DNA of 64,000 bases, taken from assembly GCA_964188305.1 (NCBI GenBank), contig OZ076886.1, one strand, 5' to 3'. Both the position numbers and the translations under genes were made by a program. The stretch's first letter is position 1, and each line of letters begins with the position of its first letter. Shown piece by piece: positions 62,070 to 64,000 of this stretch. The notes under the pieces were generated by a model. It saw nothing but the letters and a program-made list of their open reading frames with translations. It was not told the origin of the DNA and searched no databases. This DNA is from Podarcis bocagei (taxonomy: Eukaryota).

Positions 62070-62197
62070 CAGGGCTTTTTTTTTCCACCTGGAACTCGCC
62101 AGAACTCAGTTCCAGCACTTCTCAGGTGGGTCCCATTGCTGTTCTAAGAGAACGAGGGAGGTGTTCAGACACCTCTTTTTCTAGAAAAGTAGCACTG
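62070..62197. mobile_element. hAT-type MITE, degenerate
   Basis: CAGGGCTTTTTTT...AAAAGTAGCACTG; flanks ATAGAAGC and ATGGGAGC. Confidence 0.65.
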
Positions 62198-62330
62198 ATG
62201 GGAGCTAATTGTTAGAGGATGACTTCTTGATACAAGCCCACTCTTTATTGTTCTAAATCGGAAAACCAGTCAGAGGCAAGGGTTGTGGAGGGACATACCT
62301 TTCCATCTCCCATCTAAGGATGATGTAATC

Positions 62331-62475
62331 CAGTGCTTTTTAAAAAAGAAAAAAATGGGTGCCGGTACTCAACACAAAGTTATTACAGTAAGGGCCACAC
62401 TTTTAACATTTGCGGGGGCGGGGAAGGTGCTAGTACTTTGTACCTTTGAGTACCCCCCAGGAAAAAAAGGCACCA
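62331..62475. mobile_element. hAT-type MITE
   Basis: CAGTGCTTTTT...AAAAAGGCACCA, perfect 8-bp TSD ATGTAATC. Confidence 0.8.
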
Positions 62476-62737
62476 ATGTAATCTAAGTTGTTGTGTGTCT
62501 TAGAAAGGTAATAAAAAAGGAAGACTGCAGTTTTCTGAGCACAGAACAAGAGGAAGAGAGCTCTGTAAGCATTTGGGGAATTGCCTCTTCCTAAAGATTT
62601 GATGTGTGCCAGTGGTATTTTCGGCTGGAGTGTTTAAACTGCACAGCCACCCATGCACAGTCTGTGCATTTGTAAATAAACCCAGATTTTGCAAAATGCC
62701 AGAAGCCTCCAGCGACTTCCTTCCAAAGTAGTAGTAG

Positions 62738-62812
62738 TTGTTGTTTAGTCGTTTAGTCGTGTCCAACTCTTCGTGACCCCATGGACCAGAGCACAGCAGG
62801 CACTCCTGTCTT
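62738..62812 (-). mobile_element. 75-bp BovB/RTE 3' tail insertion
   Basis: Reverse complement of the BovB tail; 18-bp TSD CTTCCAAAGTAGTAGTAG (62720-62737 and 62813-62830). Confidence 0.88.
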
Positions 62813-63922
62813 CTTCCAAAGTAGTAGTAGATGACAAAAGTGGGGTGGAGGTGGTTATTTGACCTCCCTGCAGGTGAAGTGCTTCTGCTTACCAGGAGGG
62901 GGAGAAGCGAGGTGGCAGTGACGCTGGTGTGGTCCAAACACACCAGCAGGGCCAATTTGACACTCCACCACTCTCCCTGCCACCTCAGCCTCCACTCTCC
63001 TTCATGGTGAGCAGCGATGATTCACTTGCTGAGAGGTCCAGAAAGTGTCTCTGTTCCACCACACCATCTGCTACTGTTCCAGAGGAAACCAAATCTGGGT
63101 AAGGTCGTGTACCACTAGGACATCTCACCTGAGCAGCTGGAGACTTATCAAAGGGATTGCGAAATGTACTCCACAGCAAAGGTGACAAGAAAGAAGGGGA
63201 AATATTTGGAATTGACAGGAACTGCCAAAGCTGATCCTGGCAACTTCTTAGCTGTAGGAATATTTGGGTTTTTGTTTTTTAAAGCATTTAAAAATGTGGA
63301 TACTGTTTTTGCTCTTTTGTACTTTGCCACCCTGGGCTCCTTTCGCAGGGGTGGCGGCAGCAGCGAGGTGGAAGTTAAATAAATAATAATTTCACATGTT
63401 GTTCTGTTTTATAAGCACTTCCATATAGGAAAGAAGTATGAAACCTGAGCATAGATAGCTAAACATGATAATCAGACATTAATTTTGCTGTGGTTTATTT
63501 GCACAAGGAAATTGTGACTGTGGCTTCCCAGTGTTTGTACATATAGAAAAAAAACATTCATTAATTGTCGCAAAAACCAAACCTCAATTACCGCATCTGA
63601 AAAAGTATTTTTGAATTGTGCCCACCAGTGCAAATTGTGACTTCTGGTTCCAAGTGCATGCACACGGAGGCACATAATTTTCTTGATTGCAGCTCATAAA
63701 TGTTTTGCAAGAAAATCAGTCCACATACAAGTGCACTATTCATGAATAATGTTGTTTGCATATATTTTGTACATTTCTATGGCCCTGAATATACTTATAG
63801 GTGTCTCTGAACATTTCACTAACATTTCCCAAGTTGCTGGCACCACTAGTGGGACAATAGTAGGAGGTTTAGTTAGATCTTGATAGTTCATCTGAGCTAG
63901 GCTTCACCAAATCTTTATTATT

Positions 63923-63925
<3 letters not shown>

Positions 63926-63972
<47 letters not shown>

Positions 63973-63976
63973 CAAC
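63926..63976. repeat. (TAA)n microsatellite
   Basis: Direct reading. Confidence 0.95.
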
Positions 63977-64000
63977 TTTCATTTATAACAAATAAATATT

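Overview
Eukaryotic (vertebrate) genomic DNA. The repeat content (BovB/RTE, CORE-type SINEs, L2, Penelope, many MITEs) points to a squamate reptile, probably a lacertid lizard; the species call is inference. The window holds the septin-8 gene (SEPTIN8) on the minus strand. Nine coding exons run from the ATG at 48828 to 4356, with a CpG-island promoter at about 48.4-49.25 kb, a 28.4-kb first intron and a non-canonical GC-AG intron 3. The terminal exon is not resolved. Introns and the upstream flank carry a dense transposon record: a 5'-truncated L1-clade LINE with an intact 1243-aa ORF2 and a 16-bp TSD, a solo LTR, a Penelope fragment, BovB/L2/SINE fragments, and many TA-TSD (Tc1/mariner-pogo) and 8-bp-TSD (hAT) MITEs, several nested. 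The three most notable observations are: (1) a minimal hammerhead ribozyme motif in the Penelope fragment, in sense within SEPTIN8 intron 4; (2) a CCGTATTTT-ended MITE family whose copies keep a 118-119 bp two-hairpin tandem unit while the stem sequences are replaced on both arms; (3) ZNF143/THAP11-type motifs shared by the promoter and a dispersed hairpin repeat. Nearly all short ORFs in the supplied track are spurious.
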